Origin: Spironucleus salmonicida
Lineage: Eukaryota
Direction of reading: 5' to 3'
Length of the DNA stretch: 64,000 nucleotides
Assembly: GCF_000497125.1 (NCBI RefSeq)
Contig: NC_090601.1
Coordinates: 992,001-1,056,000 of the forward strand
Position numbers and translations under genes: made by a program. Each line of letters opens with the position of its first letter. The stretch's first letter is position 1. The notes below the pieces were generated by a model. That model did not search any database, had not been told where the DNA came from, and saw only the letters and a list, made by a program, of their open reading frames with translations. Below, one piece after another: positions 13,821-24,832 of this stretch.

Positions 13821-14786
13821 TCACTCGACGTGCAGCATCTCTGCATTGTACACAGCTTCGTAGGCACTGCTGTCCTGGCGGCCGTCGCCAACCACATCGC
13901 ACGTGGACGTCTGACTATCAAAAGAGCACTGGCCGAGATATCTTGAGTACTGAGACGAGGTAGACCTGGCGAGGCTGACCTTCGCCAGTGGTGATAAGTT
14001 GCACCTGCGCTGGTCCTTTTCGATCCGGAATGCGGGCTAGGACTGGGGCGTTTGGTTCTAAAAATAAAAGTTGAGGACCGACAGGAGATCTAGGCTTTCA
14101 AGGCTGCCGCACGCCATGTCTCGTGGCATCAGATAGCCCTTCACATCTAATACGACGGAGCAGTTCCCAGTAGCACCCTCCTCCTCGGCGAGATGGCACA
14201 CGATGTTCCCGACCAACTCCGCTTTTGGGCAACCAACGTCCACGAAATTCTAGGTCAATAAACCTGCGAACTAGGAAAGATTTTCAGCGATAAACCAAGC
14301 CACATAAATAACAGGTCCGATAGCGTCGCGCAGGCACTCATAGATTTCGGAGCTCGCCAGGCAAGTGAAGTCACGCTCCTTCGCAAAATGCACGTAAGAG
14401 ACCTCGGGGGCCGATGAAATCACGGGATAGTCGGTGCGGAGAAACCCGGTATCCTTAAGGCGGGCAAACCCAAGCCCAGCTTACTAGAGTCCTGTGATTG
14501 TGATCGCATCGCCCTAAGACCCAAAAACTGCAACCGAGCTCGAGCAGTTTTGCACAATAGTGAGTATATTACTCTTCTATACGGCGGTGATGATGGTGGT
14601 TTCAATATTGGGATCCTCAGCAGTGAGTGACTCGTTGAGCTGTTACATATTTCTACAGTCCTTGGCGTGCTAAACTGTCCGCTTAGTTTGCAAATGGTCT
14701 GCGCCCTCCGACAGAGCCATGAAGGTTTAGTCGATAATACAACTATCTGTGATTTCTATTCGAGTACCTGAAGTTTAGATTATCAT
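13821..14786 (-). CDS. PP2C-like (probably inactive) phosphatase-domain protein, 321 aa, left-arm copy
   Basis: Code-6 ORF containing PVISSAPEVSYVHFAKERDFTCLASSEIYECL and AEEEGATGNCSVVL, resembling the PP2C motifs P.vS..PeV...dFliLASDGlwd and Gs.DNitvv, with the Asp residues replaced. Confidence 0.65.
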
Positions 14787-15222
14787 TTTATAATTTTGGG
14801 ATAAGGAGTAATAATAAGGAGGGAGTATATATTAGATAGGAATTGCTTACGAATGTTTGTTATTGTAGATTTCCGTCCACACAAGATTTACAACACGGTT
14901 TCATTAGTAAAGCAGCGAAATCGTAAATAATTAAGTAATGTGTGTTCTGAGAGGACGCTCGTTTTAGTTGGACCCGACCAAGAAAACTGAACAATGATGT
15001 CATATGTTATATGATGAAGAATTTCACCAATGATCCGCATTCTGCAATTCAGTTTCAGCTGTCTGGACTATTTATATTCGTATGAGTGAAGTTGACATGA
15101 TGGACAATGGTAATATATTATATAAAAGTATAATTATATCTTAACACACTCTGAGAGAAATCATAATGAGCAATTATCTTGCTCAATACATTATATAATG
15201 CAATATATTATATTGTTAATAT

Positions 15223-15305
15223 GCATTTTTGGCCGAGTGGTTAAGGCGTAACGTTAAGGCCGTTATGGGACTTATCCCGCGTGGGTTCGAGCCCCACAGA
15301 ATGCA
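15223..15305 (+). tRNA. tRNA-Leu(AAG)
   Basis: Acceptor GCATTTT/AGAATGC, D arm TGGCCGAGTGGTTAAGGC, anticodon stem TAACG/CGTTA with loop TT-AAG-GC, long variable arm, GGTTCGAGCC T arm. Confidence 0.93.
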
Positions 15306-15368
15306 ATTTTATCTTTAATTAATCCTCTGCAGTATACAATTTAGTGTATTATATTAATTAGTTTTATA

Positions 15369-15866
15369 ATGAACCTTGCCATTGATAAAATCTGCTACTT
15401 AGACATCTCCATCAACAATGCAAGCCCGTAACGTACAAGAATTGGCTTACACGCTGAAGGATATCCACTTTCTACAAGTAATTTTTATGAACTATGTCAA
15501 AGCAAAAAATACTAGAATTGCAAATTCTTTAGATCCCTACCAGGAGTTTGCGTTTAATCAGGAGATTTTGTTTATAATTCTGGTGCAGGTGGATACTCAA
15601 TACATGGATGTAGGTTTAATGATGAGGGCATGCCTCTTAAGCCATTTGCAACGTCTATTGCAATGGCTAATTCTGGGCCTGATAGCAACGGGAGCTAGTT
15701 TCTGATCTTTACCGGAGAAGCCTATTGGCTAGCTGGCAAGCATGTAGTATTTGGGAGAATCTTAGACGGCATCGAAATAATAAGAGAAATTGAAAAATCT
15801 GGGGTCGACGAAGAGGGTAATGTTATTGGTGAATGCATTATTGTTGATTGTGGATGTGAGAATTGA
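15369..15866 (+). CDS. Cyclophilin-type peptidyl-prolyl cis-trans isomerase, 165 aa, left-arm copy
   Basis: Code-6 translation contains FFRSLPGVCVQSGDF, GGYSIHG.RFNDE, AMANSGPDSNGSQF, WLAGKHVVFGRI. Confidence 0.95.
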
Positions 15867-16206
15867 TTTTTGTGGTAATTTATAATCGTTAACTATGAGT
15901 TAGAGGAAATTAAACAATCTAGGTCTATAAAGTTAATCAATTTTCTAAATTATAGTTTACATCAATGTAAAGTCTTTTACTTCTAAAAAAATATAATAAG
16001 GATTTATTGATAAGAATATTGTATTATTAAATGGTTAATTAAAATTAGAATATATCAATGCTAAAATTGATCAACTTATTAATGTATAATATAAAAATGA
16101 TGCTATTGTTATGTAAACTATAATTTAGAAAATTGATTAACTTTATAGACCTAGATTGTTTAATTTCCTCTAACTCATAGTTAACGATTATAAATTACCA
16201 CAAAAA

Positions 16207-16704
16207 TCAATTCTCACATCCACAATCAACAATAATGCATTCACCAATAACATTACCCTCTTCGTCGACCCCAGATTTTTCAATTTCTCTTATTATTTCG
16301 ATGCCGTCTAAGATTCTCCCAAATACTACATGCTTGCCAGCTAGCCAATAGGCTTCTCCGGTAAAGATCAGAAACTAGCTCCCGTTGCTATCAGGCCCAG
16401 AATTAGCCATTGCAATAGACGTTGCAAATGGCTTAAGAGGCATGCCCTCATCATTAAACCTACATCCATGTATTGAGTATCCACCTGCACCAGAATTATA
16501 AACAAAATCTCCTGATTAAACGCAAACTCCTGGTAGGGATCTAAAGAATTTGCAATTCTAGTATTTTTTGCTTTGACATAGTTCATAAAAATTACTTGTA
16601 GAAAGTGGATATCCTTCAGCGTGTAAGCCAATTCTTGTACGTTACGGGCTTGCATTGTTGATGGAGATGTCTAAGTAGCAGATTTTATCAATGGCAAGGT
16701 TCAT
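16207..16704 (-). CDS. Cyclophilin, right-arm copy
   Basis: Mirror of 15369-15866. Confidence 0.95.
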
Positions 16705-16767
16705 TATAAAACTAATTAATATAATACACTAAATTGTATACTGCAGAGGATTAATTAAAGATAAAAT

Positions 16768-16850
16768 TGCATTCTGTGGGGCTCGAACCCACGCGGGATA
16801 AGTCCCATAACGGCCTTAACGTTACGCCTTAACCACTCGGCCAAAAATGC
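16768..16850 (-). tRNA. tRNA-Leu(AAG), right-arm copy
   Basis: Mirror of 15223-15305. Confidence 0.93.
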
Positions 16851-17286
16851 ATATTAACAATATAATATATTGCATTATATAATGTATTGAGCAAGATAAT
16901 TGCTCATTATGATTTCTCTCAGAGTGTGTTAAGATATAATTATACTTTTATATAATATATTACCATTGTCCATCATGTCAACTTCACTCATACGAATATA
17001 AATAGTCCAGACAGCTGAAACTGAATTGCAGAATGCGGATCATTGGTGAAATTCTTCATCATATAACATATGACATCATTGTTCAGTTTTCTTGGTCGGG
17101 TCCAACTAAAACGAGCGTCCTCTCAGAACACACATTACTTAATTATTTACGATTTCGCTGCTTTACTAATGAAACCGTGTTGTAAATCTTGTGTGGACGG
17201 AAATCTACAATAACAAACATTCGTAAGCAATTCCTATCTAATATATACTCCCTCCTTATTATTACTCCTTATCCCAAAATTATAAA

Positions 17287-18252
17287 ATGATAATCTAAAC
17301 TTCAGGTACTCGAATAGAAATCACAGATAGTTGTATTATCGACTAAACCTTCATGGCTCTGTCGGAGGGCGCAGACCATTTGCAAACTAAGCGGACAGTT
17401 TAGCACGCCAAGGACTGTAGAAATATGTAACAGCTCAACGAGTCACTCACTGCTGAGGATCCCAATATTGAAACCACCATCATCACCGCCGTATAGAAGA
17501 GTAATATACTCACTATTGTGCAAAACTGCTCGAGCTCGGTTGCAGTTTTTGGGTCTTAGGGCGATGCGATCACAATCACAGGACTCTAGTAAGCTGGGCT
17601 TGGGTTTGCCCGCCTTAAGGATACCGGGTTTCTCCGCACCGACTATCCCGTGATTTCATCGGCCCCCGAGGTCTCTTACGTGCATTTTGCGAAGGAGCGT
17701 GACTTCACTTGCCTGGCGAGCTCCGAAATCTATGAGTGCCTGCGCGACGCTATCGGACCTGTTATTTATGTGGCTTGGTTTATCGCTGAAAATCTTTCCT
17801 AGTTCGCAGGTTTATTGACCTAGAATTTCGTGGACGTTGGTTGCCCAAAAGCGGAGTTGGTCGGGAACATCGTGTGCCATCTCGCCGAGGAGGAGGGTGC
17901 TACTGGGAACTGCTCCGTCGTATTAGATGTGAAGGGCTATCTGATGCCACGAGACATGGCGTGCGGCAGCCTTGAAAGCCTAGATCTCCTGTCGGTCCTC
18001 AACTTTTATTTTTAGAACCAAACGCCCCAGTCCTAGCCCGCATTCCGGATCGAAAAGGACCAGCGCAGGTGCAACTTATCACCACTGGCGAAGGTCAGCC
18101 TCGCCAGGTCTACCTCGTCTCAGTACTCAAGATATCTCGGCCAGTGCTCTTTTGATAGTCAGACGTCCACGTGCGATGTGGTTGGCGACGGCCGCCAGGA
18201 CAGCAGTGCCTACGAAGCTGTGTACAATGCAGAGATGCTGCACGTCGAGTGA
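17287..18252 (+). CDS. PP2C-like protein, right-arm copy
   Basis: aaaATG start, open in code 6 to GAGTGA; mirror of 13821-14786. Confidence 0.65.
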
Positions 18253-18383
18253 ACTCAGCAGGCGGGCCGACATCGCGTGGGCCAGGGCGAGGCATAATTA
18301 ATGCAGTGAGAATATTATATAATTAATAGCAAAGCGCGATGCCGGAATGGGCGCGCAGGGAATATGAAACTAAGGACAATCTG

Positions 18384-18677
18384 TCACATCGAAGCCTTGG
18401 CCTGCTCCACATTCTCGCTGAGGCAGGTGAACGCGAAGAACTCCTCGATGTAGTTCCCGCAGAGGGCGACGGGTTTGCCGGTCGCGGGCTTGTCATCGCC
18501 AACCACGATGAGCTTCAAGGGGCCCGCGGGGAGGGCGCCCCTGAGCACCTCGGCGCCCGCGAGCGCAACGGTGTAGTGGCACTGAGGGGGGAGCGACATG
18601 GTCATCATGCCGGGCTCGAGGGAGGCGATGGTGGCGACTACCACCACCTGGGCGTTGGCGAAGGTCACGTCTTCCAT
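18384..18677 (-). CDS. Hypothetical 97-aa protein, right-arm copy
   Basis: Mirror of 13396-13689. Confidence 0.7.
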   Translation of the reverse strand: MEDVTFANAQVVVVATIASLEPGMMTMSLPPQCHYTVALAGAEVLRGALPAGPLKLIVVGDDKPATGKPVALCGNYIEEFFAFTCLSENVEQAKASM

Positions 18678-19301
18678 TGGTCGAGGGAGCGGGACAGGAA
18701 AAACGCGTCAGGTTGGGCGCGGATGGCGCGAGTTATTTTGGGAAGGAGTGTGAATTCACAAGCCGGCGCTTACGATATATTATATAATATGCAGTTCTTT
18801 CCTTTTGTGGAAAGGCCGTTCCCAGCGTCGCTACGCGCCTGTGAAGCCGCACGTACTGATATAAACGAAAAATATTTGCCAACGTTAAATTTGCAGCATT
18901 ATGAGTGCGCGCTGGAGCACCAGCTTAGAAGCGTGGGCGTCTGAGGCTAAAAATTACTATTATATCAGTTCGCTCCATTTGGTGCATTTACAGGTTCTCA
19001 TAAATGCGGATTATAGTTATTCATCGCTTGCACCGCAAAATTAGCAGTTTAAGATAACGCGCATATAGGGCTACTATTTCGCTTATTGCAGCAGCTAGAA
19101 GCGCAAATTCAGGAACTGTGTAATAGGCACTGCCGCGATAGCGCAAAACGCTAATTCCGCACTAACTCAGCCGTACCCAAATTATAATTTGTAAACTTCA
19201 ATATATTATTATTATATATTTAAATATAAGATTCAACTTGTATATTTTTTTCGAATAATTTTATTGTATTTTAACTCATTTCATCGATATGTAACTAAAA
19301 G

Positions 19302-19317
19302 TTATACAATTGTATAA
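19302..19317. promoter_or_regulatory. Perfect 16-bp palindrome TTATACAATTGTATAA ~60 bp upstream of a cysteine-rich membrane protein gene
   Basis: The same motif sits at the same distance upstream of the paralog (36599-36614), although the flanks have diverged. Confidence 0.5.
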
Positions 19318-19377
19318 AGTTAAGACAAGCTCCGAACCCCTAAATACAGACTATACCCGCCGCGGTACTTTTTAAAA

Positions 19378-20526
19378 ATGACGGACTGCAAGGGTATCCC
19401 CAACTGCACATCCTGCGATTCTACCATCCCAGCTCTATGCGCGACCTGCGGTGCCAACCACACGCTCACCGCTGACAAAACCCAGTGCCTCTGCGGTACA
19501 AACGCCTCCTGCAAGACTAAGGAAATGTGCATCACCGCGACCTCCACCTGCGCGAACATAAGCGCGTGCCGCCAGAATCCGTTTTGCACGAAGTGCAGTA
19601 AGACGAACTCGGTCGACTGCTCGAGCTGCGCGGCGGGCTACGGCCTCGACTCGACCTCCAAGCAGTGCATCAAAATCGCGTGCGGCGTCATTCCGTACTG
19701 CAACAAGTGCACCACCGCGGACCCGACCAAATGCGAGGCCTGCTCAGCACACATGCAGATTAACCCCACCACCAACCTCTGCGAGTGCACGGTCAATTCT
19801 GGCAAGGGCTGCCAGTCGGACGAGATCTGCTCCCCGACGCGCGCCTGCGTGAACGTGGCCGCCTGCCTGCACGTCCAGAACTGCCTCCGCTGCAACAAGA
19901 CGGACCCCGAGAAGTGCCAGTTTTGCAACAACGGAATGACGGTGAACACACTTGGGCAGTGCGAAGTAGCGGCTAAGTGCGGTGATAATATTTACTGCGC
20001 CAAATGCGACAGTAGCAACGTCTGCGAGAACTGCCAGATCAACCTTAAAATGGCGCTCGACGGCAAGACCTGCGAGTGCGTTCTGGGGTCCGGAAAGGCC
20101 TGCCCGGACGGAATGCAGTGCGCCAGGGACACTAGGATATGCGTCAAAGAGGCAATATGCTTGGGAGCGATCTCCAACTGCGAGACCTGCTGGTATCACG
20201 ACCAGCGCCTGTGCGACGTCTGCAGGGCTGGTTACATACTGTCTCCGGACAAGTCGCAATGTGTAGCCTTTACGGCGTGCATGAACATCGATGGGTGCTC
20301 GTCCTGCAATATGGGCGTCCCAGCGCTCTGCGCGGCTTGCGACACTGAACTGGTTGGAAATGGCGAGGCGTGCGTTGCGAATAATAAGATTGGGACAGGC
20401 GGTATTGTAGGGATTGTTGTCGCGGTGGTAGTCGTTATTGGTGTTATTGGTGGCGTGGTGTACTTTATGATGAAGAAAAAGAACAGAAAAACTGGACAAG
20501 CCGCTGTGGTTAGGGACTACAACTGA
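19378..20526 (+). CDS. Cysteine-rich membrane protein (VSP/HCMP/CRMP-like), 382 aa
   Basis: Many CXXC repeats, C-terminal TM segment GGIVGIVVAVVVVIGVIGGVVYF, basic cytoplasmic tail, TGA stop. Confidence 0.92.
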   Translation: MTDCKGIPNCTSCDSTIPALCATCGANHTLTADKTQCLCGTNASCKTKEMCITATSTCANISACRQNPFCTKCSKTNSVDCSSCAAGYGLDSTSKQCIKIACGVIPYCNKCTTADPTKCEACSAHMQINPTTNLCECTVNSGKGCQSDEICSPTRACVNVAACLHVQNCLRCNKTDPEKCQFCNNGMTVNTLGQCEVAAKCGDNIYCAKCDSSNVCENCQINLKMALDGKTCECVLGSGKACPDGMQCARDTRICVKEAICLGAISNCETCWYHDQRLCDVCRAGYILSPDKSQCVAFTACMNIDGCSSCNMGVPALCAACDTELVGNGEACVANNKIGTGGIVGIVVAVVVVIGVIGGVVYFMMKKKNRKTGQAAVVRDYN

Positions 20527-20639
20527 TTAATTCTATACGTATTTAGTAAAATTACAGTACATATAATATCAAATTATTTCATTTAGCTCTTGATTGATTA
20601 ATCTACTCTATGACCTATCTGTAATATAATAATAGTAGC

Positions 20640-21386
20640 ATGTTTCAACTTCCAAAGATGAACAAGCGCCTGCTAGCCGAGCGGTACGCAAAGCTTCCGG
20701 AGGCCAGCGCACAGGACACCATAGCATCGCTCAAACAGCTCTATCCAGAGTATCGGGGGTTCTCTGCGAAGCTGATCCAGCAGAACCTGAGCCAGTCGCC
20801 GGTGGCGGCCTACCAGCTGGCGAACTCGTTCCAGCGGTCCCAGGCATCCTTCAATGGCCAGACCACGCCCCTCGCGCTCTCGCTGTAGTCGTCGGTCTCC
20901 GGCTCCCAGACAGCCGGCGGGCTCCAGATCTTCCAGCAGCACTTCATTTTCCAGGACGCGTTCCTCCTGCCGGTGCTGATGCTCCCGGGGAAGAAGCACT
21001 CGAAGGACCTACGGATCCGGCTAGTGGTGGGCAGGGAGCACTTCCGCATCACGGCGATCATCAAGAAGGCGGGCTGCGACCTGCAGGTGCAGGCGCTGTC
21101 GCCCGTTCCGCACATTGGCGAGATCGAGGTCCGGACCGAGTTCGAGAGAATTGTCATCACGGTAGAGGGGTTCTGCGTCAGTGCGCCCCAGCAGCCGGTG
21201 GTCCAGGCGCAGCAGGAGGCCCAGGGTGCGCCGAAGCAGCAATGGGCACAGGAGGCCAGCGATGCGACGCCGTGCGCGCTGGCGCGGGTGGCAGCGGCGG
21301 GCCCGTTTGGTGTCGGGGGCGACACCGCGGCCAAGTGGCGCAACCGGGCGGAGAAGTACAACCGGGTGTACGGGCGCAGCATCTGA
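20640..21386 (+). CDS. Hypothetical protein, ~245 aa (conserved start probably ATG 20658)
   Basis: ORF-track pieces 20640-20888 and 20973-21386 join through TAG=Gln; high GC3; duplicated in the other arm. Confidence 0.8.
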
Positions 21387-21473
21387 GGCGAAGTGACGTT
21401 TGGGGTTTGCGTGCCTGGTGAGGCGGAGGGACGGGCGATGCAGCGGCAGGCCGTACCACGGGATAGCTAGCAG

Positions 21474-21545
21474 TCCTACTTGGTATAACGGTTAGCATAC
21501 TTGGTTCTCACCCAAGTGATCCGGGTTCGATTCCCGGAGTAGGAG
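21474..21545 (+). tRNA. tRNA-Glu(CTC), copy 1
   Basis: TCCTACT/AGTAGGA acceptor, CTTGG-TT-CTC-AC-CCAAG anticodon arm, CCGGGTTCGATTCCCGG T arm, followed by a T-run. Confidence 0.95.
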
Positions 21546-21629
21546 GATTTTTAATGCTTGCGAGTCACTCGGCAGGAGGCATGGGGAGCACCAGGTCCAA
21601 CCCATTCATTCATTCGCTCACTCGCTCCC

Positions 21630-21836
21630 TCACTCGGCACCGCTGAGGTCCGCCTGCAGCGCCTCCGGGCCGAAGGTCTGGCACAGCATCAGCTCCGCCA
21701 GCTCCACCAGATCCGAGGAGAGCGGCCGGGCGGTGTACAGCGGCTCGCTGGCGACCGTGGCGCTGATGAGCTCGCTGAGCTGGAGGCCGAGGCTGCAGGC
21801 GGGCTTCCGGGGAAGGTGCGTGGCCTGCGCTCCCAT
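21630..21836 (-). CDS. 68-aa hypothetical protein (cassette copy 1; also 24917-25123 -, 30789-30995 +, 34078-34284 +)
   Basis: taaaATG start, GAGTGA stop, high GC3, intact in all four copies. Confidence 0.6.
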   Translation of the reverse strand: MGAQATHLPRKPACSLGLQLSELISATVASEPLYTARPLSSDLVELAELMLCQTFGPEALQADLSGAE

Positions 21837-21941
21837 TTTAGAGCGGCGATGCTGTTATATGGGGGTCTGCGCAATACCCAAAAGCGCTTCCAAAATAGAC
21901 CCAAGAAACCCCTCGGCCGGTTTCGGAAGGCAGCACCACTC

Positions 21942-22181
21942 TCACTCGAGCATCCTCGCCAGCAGCTGGATGTCCGCCAGCGCGATGTTGGCCAGCCCGC
22001 CGGCCGCCTTGAGCACGACGGGCTCGGCGCGGGCGAGCTTGTAGTACTTGTTCTTCAGCTGGGACACGGTGGCCCCCCGGAAGGCGTTGTCGCGGATCAC
22101 CTCCCAGCGGCCGCCGTAGTCCGCGTAGGCCTGGCGCAGCTGCTCCTCCTGCTCGTGCGTCCACCTCGTGCGCGCCCTCAT
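21942..22181 (-). CDS. Single Myb/SANT-domain mini-protein, 79 aa, copy 1
   Basis: RTRWTHEQEEQLRQAYADYGGRWEVI...FRGATVSQLKNKYYKL matches Myb W-T-x-E-E...G..W..I....R....lk.kw. Confidence 0.85.
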   Translation of the reverse strand: MRARTRWTHEQEEQLRQAYADYGGRWEVIRDNAFRGATVSQLKNKYYKLARAEPVVLKAAGGLANIALADIQLLARMLE

Positions 22182-24760
22182 TCTAAGGGAAAGGAGCAGC
22201 GTGGGCCGGGAATGCACTTTGCCCTTCCGCTCGCCATGCGGACGGGTACTCCGCAGGCCGAAGAAACAACGGCGCGGATGGATGTTGTCCCGCCAGCAGG
22301 AAGCCGGTTTCGGAGATTATTCTGCGGACTTCCCCTCGTAAGTTGGTACCAAAGTATAATACCTGCAGAATAATTCGTCAAAAACTGAGCTTAAAACCGT
22401 GGCTTGATTTCAGCGGAATGAGTTACCAGTAGTTATTGGGCTAGTGTAGAGTTCTATCGCGGGAGCTAAAATTTCCTATATAATATATTACGTGAGGGAT
22501 TTACTTTAAAAACTGATTTTTAATTTTAGGATATCTTGTGCAAACACATTAAAACTAACATTAGCGAGTCGCGAGTTGCATTCGGCCAACACACTTGTAA
22601 CTGAATATTCACTGCCCATCATTTTATTCGTAGCTGCGCTGTATGCGCAACCCAGTCAGGTGCCTTATGGCGCACGAGCCTCCTGAAGCTACGCTCTGGG
22701 AGTGCGTACCCGAGGTGTGGATTGGAAACGAGCATTTGTAGTTCGCGGTTCGGGTAATTTATTATATACCTACATATGCGCGTAGTATATGATGTGCCCA
22801 ACGCGAGGTCCTCCGGGCCTTCTGTAGGAAATAGGCCCCATGCATAGGCAGTAGAGGTTAGAATCGCGAGTTTCTGTGCCGCATACGCGAAAACACAGCA
22901 GCCGGAGCCAGCAAGAGCTACGCGCCCGACAGTGCCGATGACTTTACTGCGTTTTGAGGCTTGGCGCGGGGTTCAAGGCTAGGCCAGTTTTTGGAACCCG
23001 CAAATCGAGAGCTCAAACGCGCAATAAAGGCGCGGACTTTAAGCAGCACCGGGCCTTCAGCAGTACCAGCTGGGAGCTGGGACTTGCTGCTAATTAGCAG
23101 ATCTGGCCTGCCTCTCTTGATCTGGGAAGGCCGCCAGGCCGGATTGCCGCCATCCTTGTGCCAGTCCCAGAGCATGTCCGAGTAGCAGTTCGAGGAAGGA
23201 AGCCGCGAAGTTACTAAGCACGACGCATGCGATAACCATGCTGGAAATTGCGAAACGGTGCTCGCAATTACAGCGCATGACTCCATAACGCAGGACGGAG
23301 CTATGCGGCAAGGGTGCTGATTAGTTAATTTCTAGTATATAATAATGCATTGTATAGGTAAATGGACGTCTTTTGAGCACCAACCTACCTCGCCCGTCGA
23401 GTAGGCTTGCCCGCTGTCCACAATTTGTTTTTGGCGATTCCCTCGAATTGTAACTACTGGAAATCGCTGGAGTCTGTAAATCTACGCAGACCTGCGGTGG
23501 TCCAACTATGCATTTACTCCAGCGCGCACGCCACATTTCACGGCGCCCTACACCACCTAAAATACCGCTGTAAATGGCACCAAGCCGCAGACTGTTTCCT
23601 CTCCGAACACGCCCTATTTTTGAACGAATTCAAAATACCGTTCAGGCTGAAGGATGCGGACCATTTTCAGCCTACGCTATAATACCATTATAAGCGTATT
23701 TCGTAGTCATCTTACGTGCGCCATAAATAGCGTACATAGTCTGGCAGCACGACGATCTTTAGCCTGGGCCTACGAACAAACGGCAGCAAACTGATTTAAG
23801 ATGCGCAACACAATGTAAGTGCGGTAAAGTAGCCTGAAGTTCCAAAAGTGCCCCAGAACAAGCTCGTAAAGGATCCCCTTTCTTCTAGAGCAAATTGGGC
23901 GCAGCAGGCCCAGGCTCGCAAGCGCGCATGAACGTAGTAAGCCCAGTTTGGATCGCTTTTCGACTGCCAGGGTTTGCTTAGCTATTGGCGCGAATGCGCG
24001 TGCTGCTGAGCCGGCTGGAACAGCAGATACGAAAGAATGCAAATTGGGATAGTTTCCATCCGCGGACTTAATGCTCTATGGTATCGAGAAATAGCACCAA
24101 GAGCGCAGGTTGGGATAGTTTCTGGCCTAATACTCATGATCCAGCTATATTAATTAGACTCGCAGATGCGATTCCGCTTAAAATGGCCATGCAGCCAGCA
24201 CCGCAGAGTGGCTATCAATGATAAAAGCAAGCTCCTGTGTAATCATGCGTTTGCACCCAGTTCCGTTCTAAGTTCCACGAATTAGAATATCGGGGCAAAC
24301 TTATAATTTCTCCGTTGGCACATTTTATTGCCGATTTGGTAGGTATTTAGAACTCTCAGTCTGGCCGAAAAATGAATTGTTATGACTCCGGCGTACGGCC
24401 AATAGGATGTAGTCGCCATCTCCATGAAACGCAAGGTAACAAACTCTCCGAGCACTTGGGGCAGGACGCTGAGGGAAATGCGTTGAGTAAAAACTGGCGT
24501 TCTCGTTTGCTAAATAACACTTAGCAGAACCCATGCACGCCCAGTATGGAGAGCATTTGGACCTGTATTAGAGCGATCGTTCTTTTCAGCTGCGAGATAC
24601 TTTCCCACAACATATTATCTAAGATTTAGGAAATCTTTAAGTTTAGATACAATAAGCATATTTTACGGAAATGTAAGCATTTGGCAAATACTCCGAATTG
24701 TCGCAGACGGGTTCAGGCCATGGGTGATAGCTGCGCGCCGTACCATGGGATAGCTAGCAG

Positions 24761-24832
24761 TCCTACTTGGTATAACGGTTAGCATACTTGGTTCTCACCC
24801 AAGTGATCCGGGTTCGATTCCCGGAGTAGGAG
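24761..24832 (+). tRNA. tRNA-Glu(CTC), copy 2
   Basis: Same sequence as 21474-21545. Confidence 0.95.

Larger units (their letters stand above)
13292..18781. repeat. Palindrome 1: inverted arms 13292-15962 and 16111-18781 (2671 bp each), 148-bp AT-rich spacer
   Basis: Mirror ORFs with identical translations (coordinate sum 32073); both junctions checked base by base. Confidence 0.97.
21450..22330. repeat. ~880-bp cassette (tRNA-Glu + 68-aa ORF + mini-Myb + structured 5' segment), copy 1 of 4; others at 24737-25617, 30295-31175 and ~33583-34464
   Basis: Direct repeat at offset 3287 plus mirror copies, with sharp ends (gccgtacc... / ...tctgcggact). Confidence 0.92.

Noticed and set aside
15418-15705. 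ORF-track 95-aa protein MQARNVQ... (and mirror 16368-16655)
   Set aside because: Wrong frame; it overlaps the code-6 cyclophilin.
22341-22351. AGTTGGTACCA match to a satellite variant (possible template RNA)
   Set aside because: An 11-nt match is expected by chance given the number of satellite k-mers and the window size.
21558-22373. 271-277-aa ORFs across the cassette
   Set aside because: They are antisense shadows of the high-GC3 Myb and 68-aa genes, with non-ATG starts.
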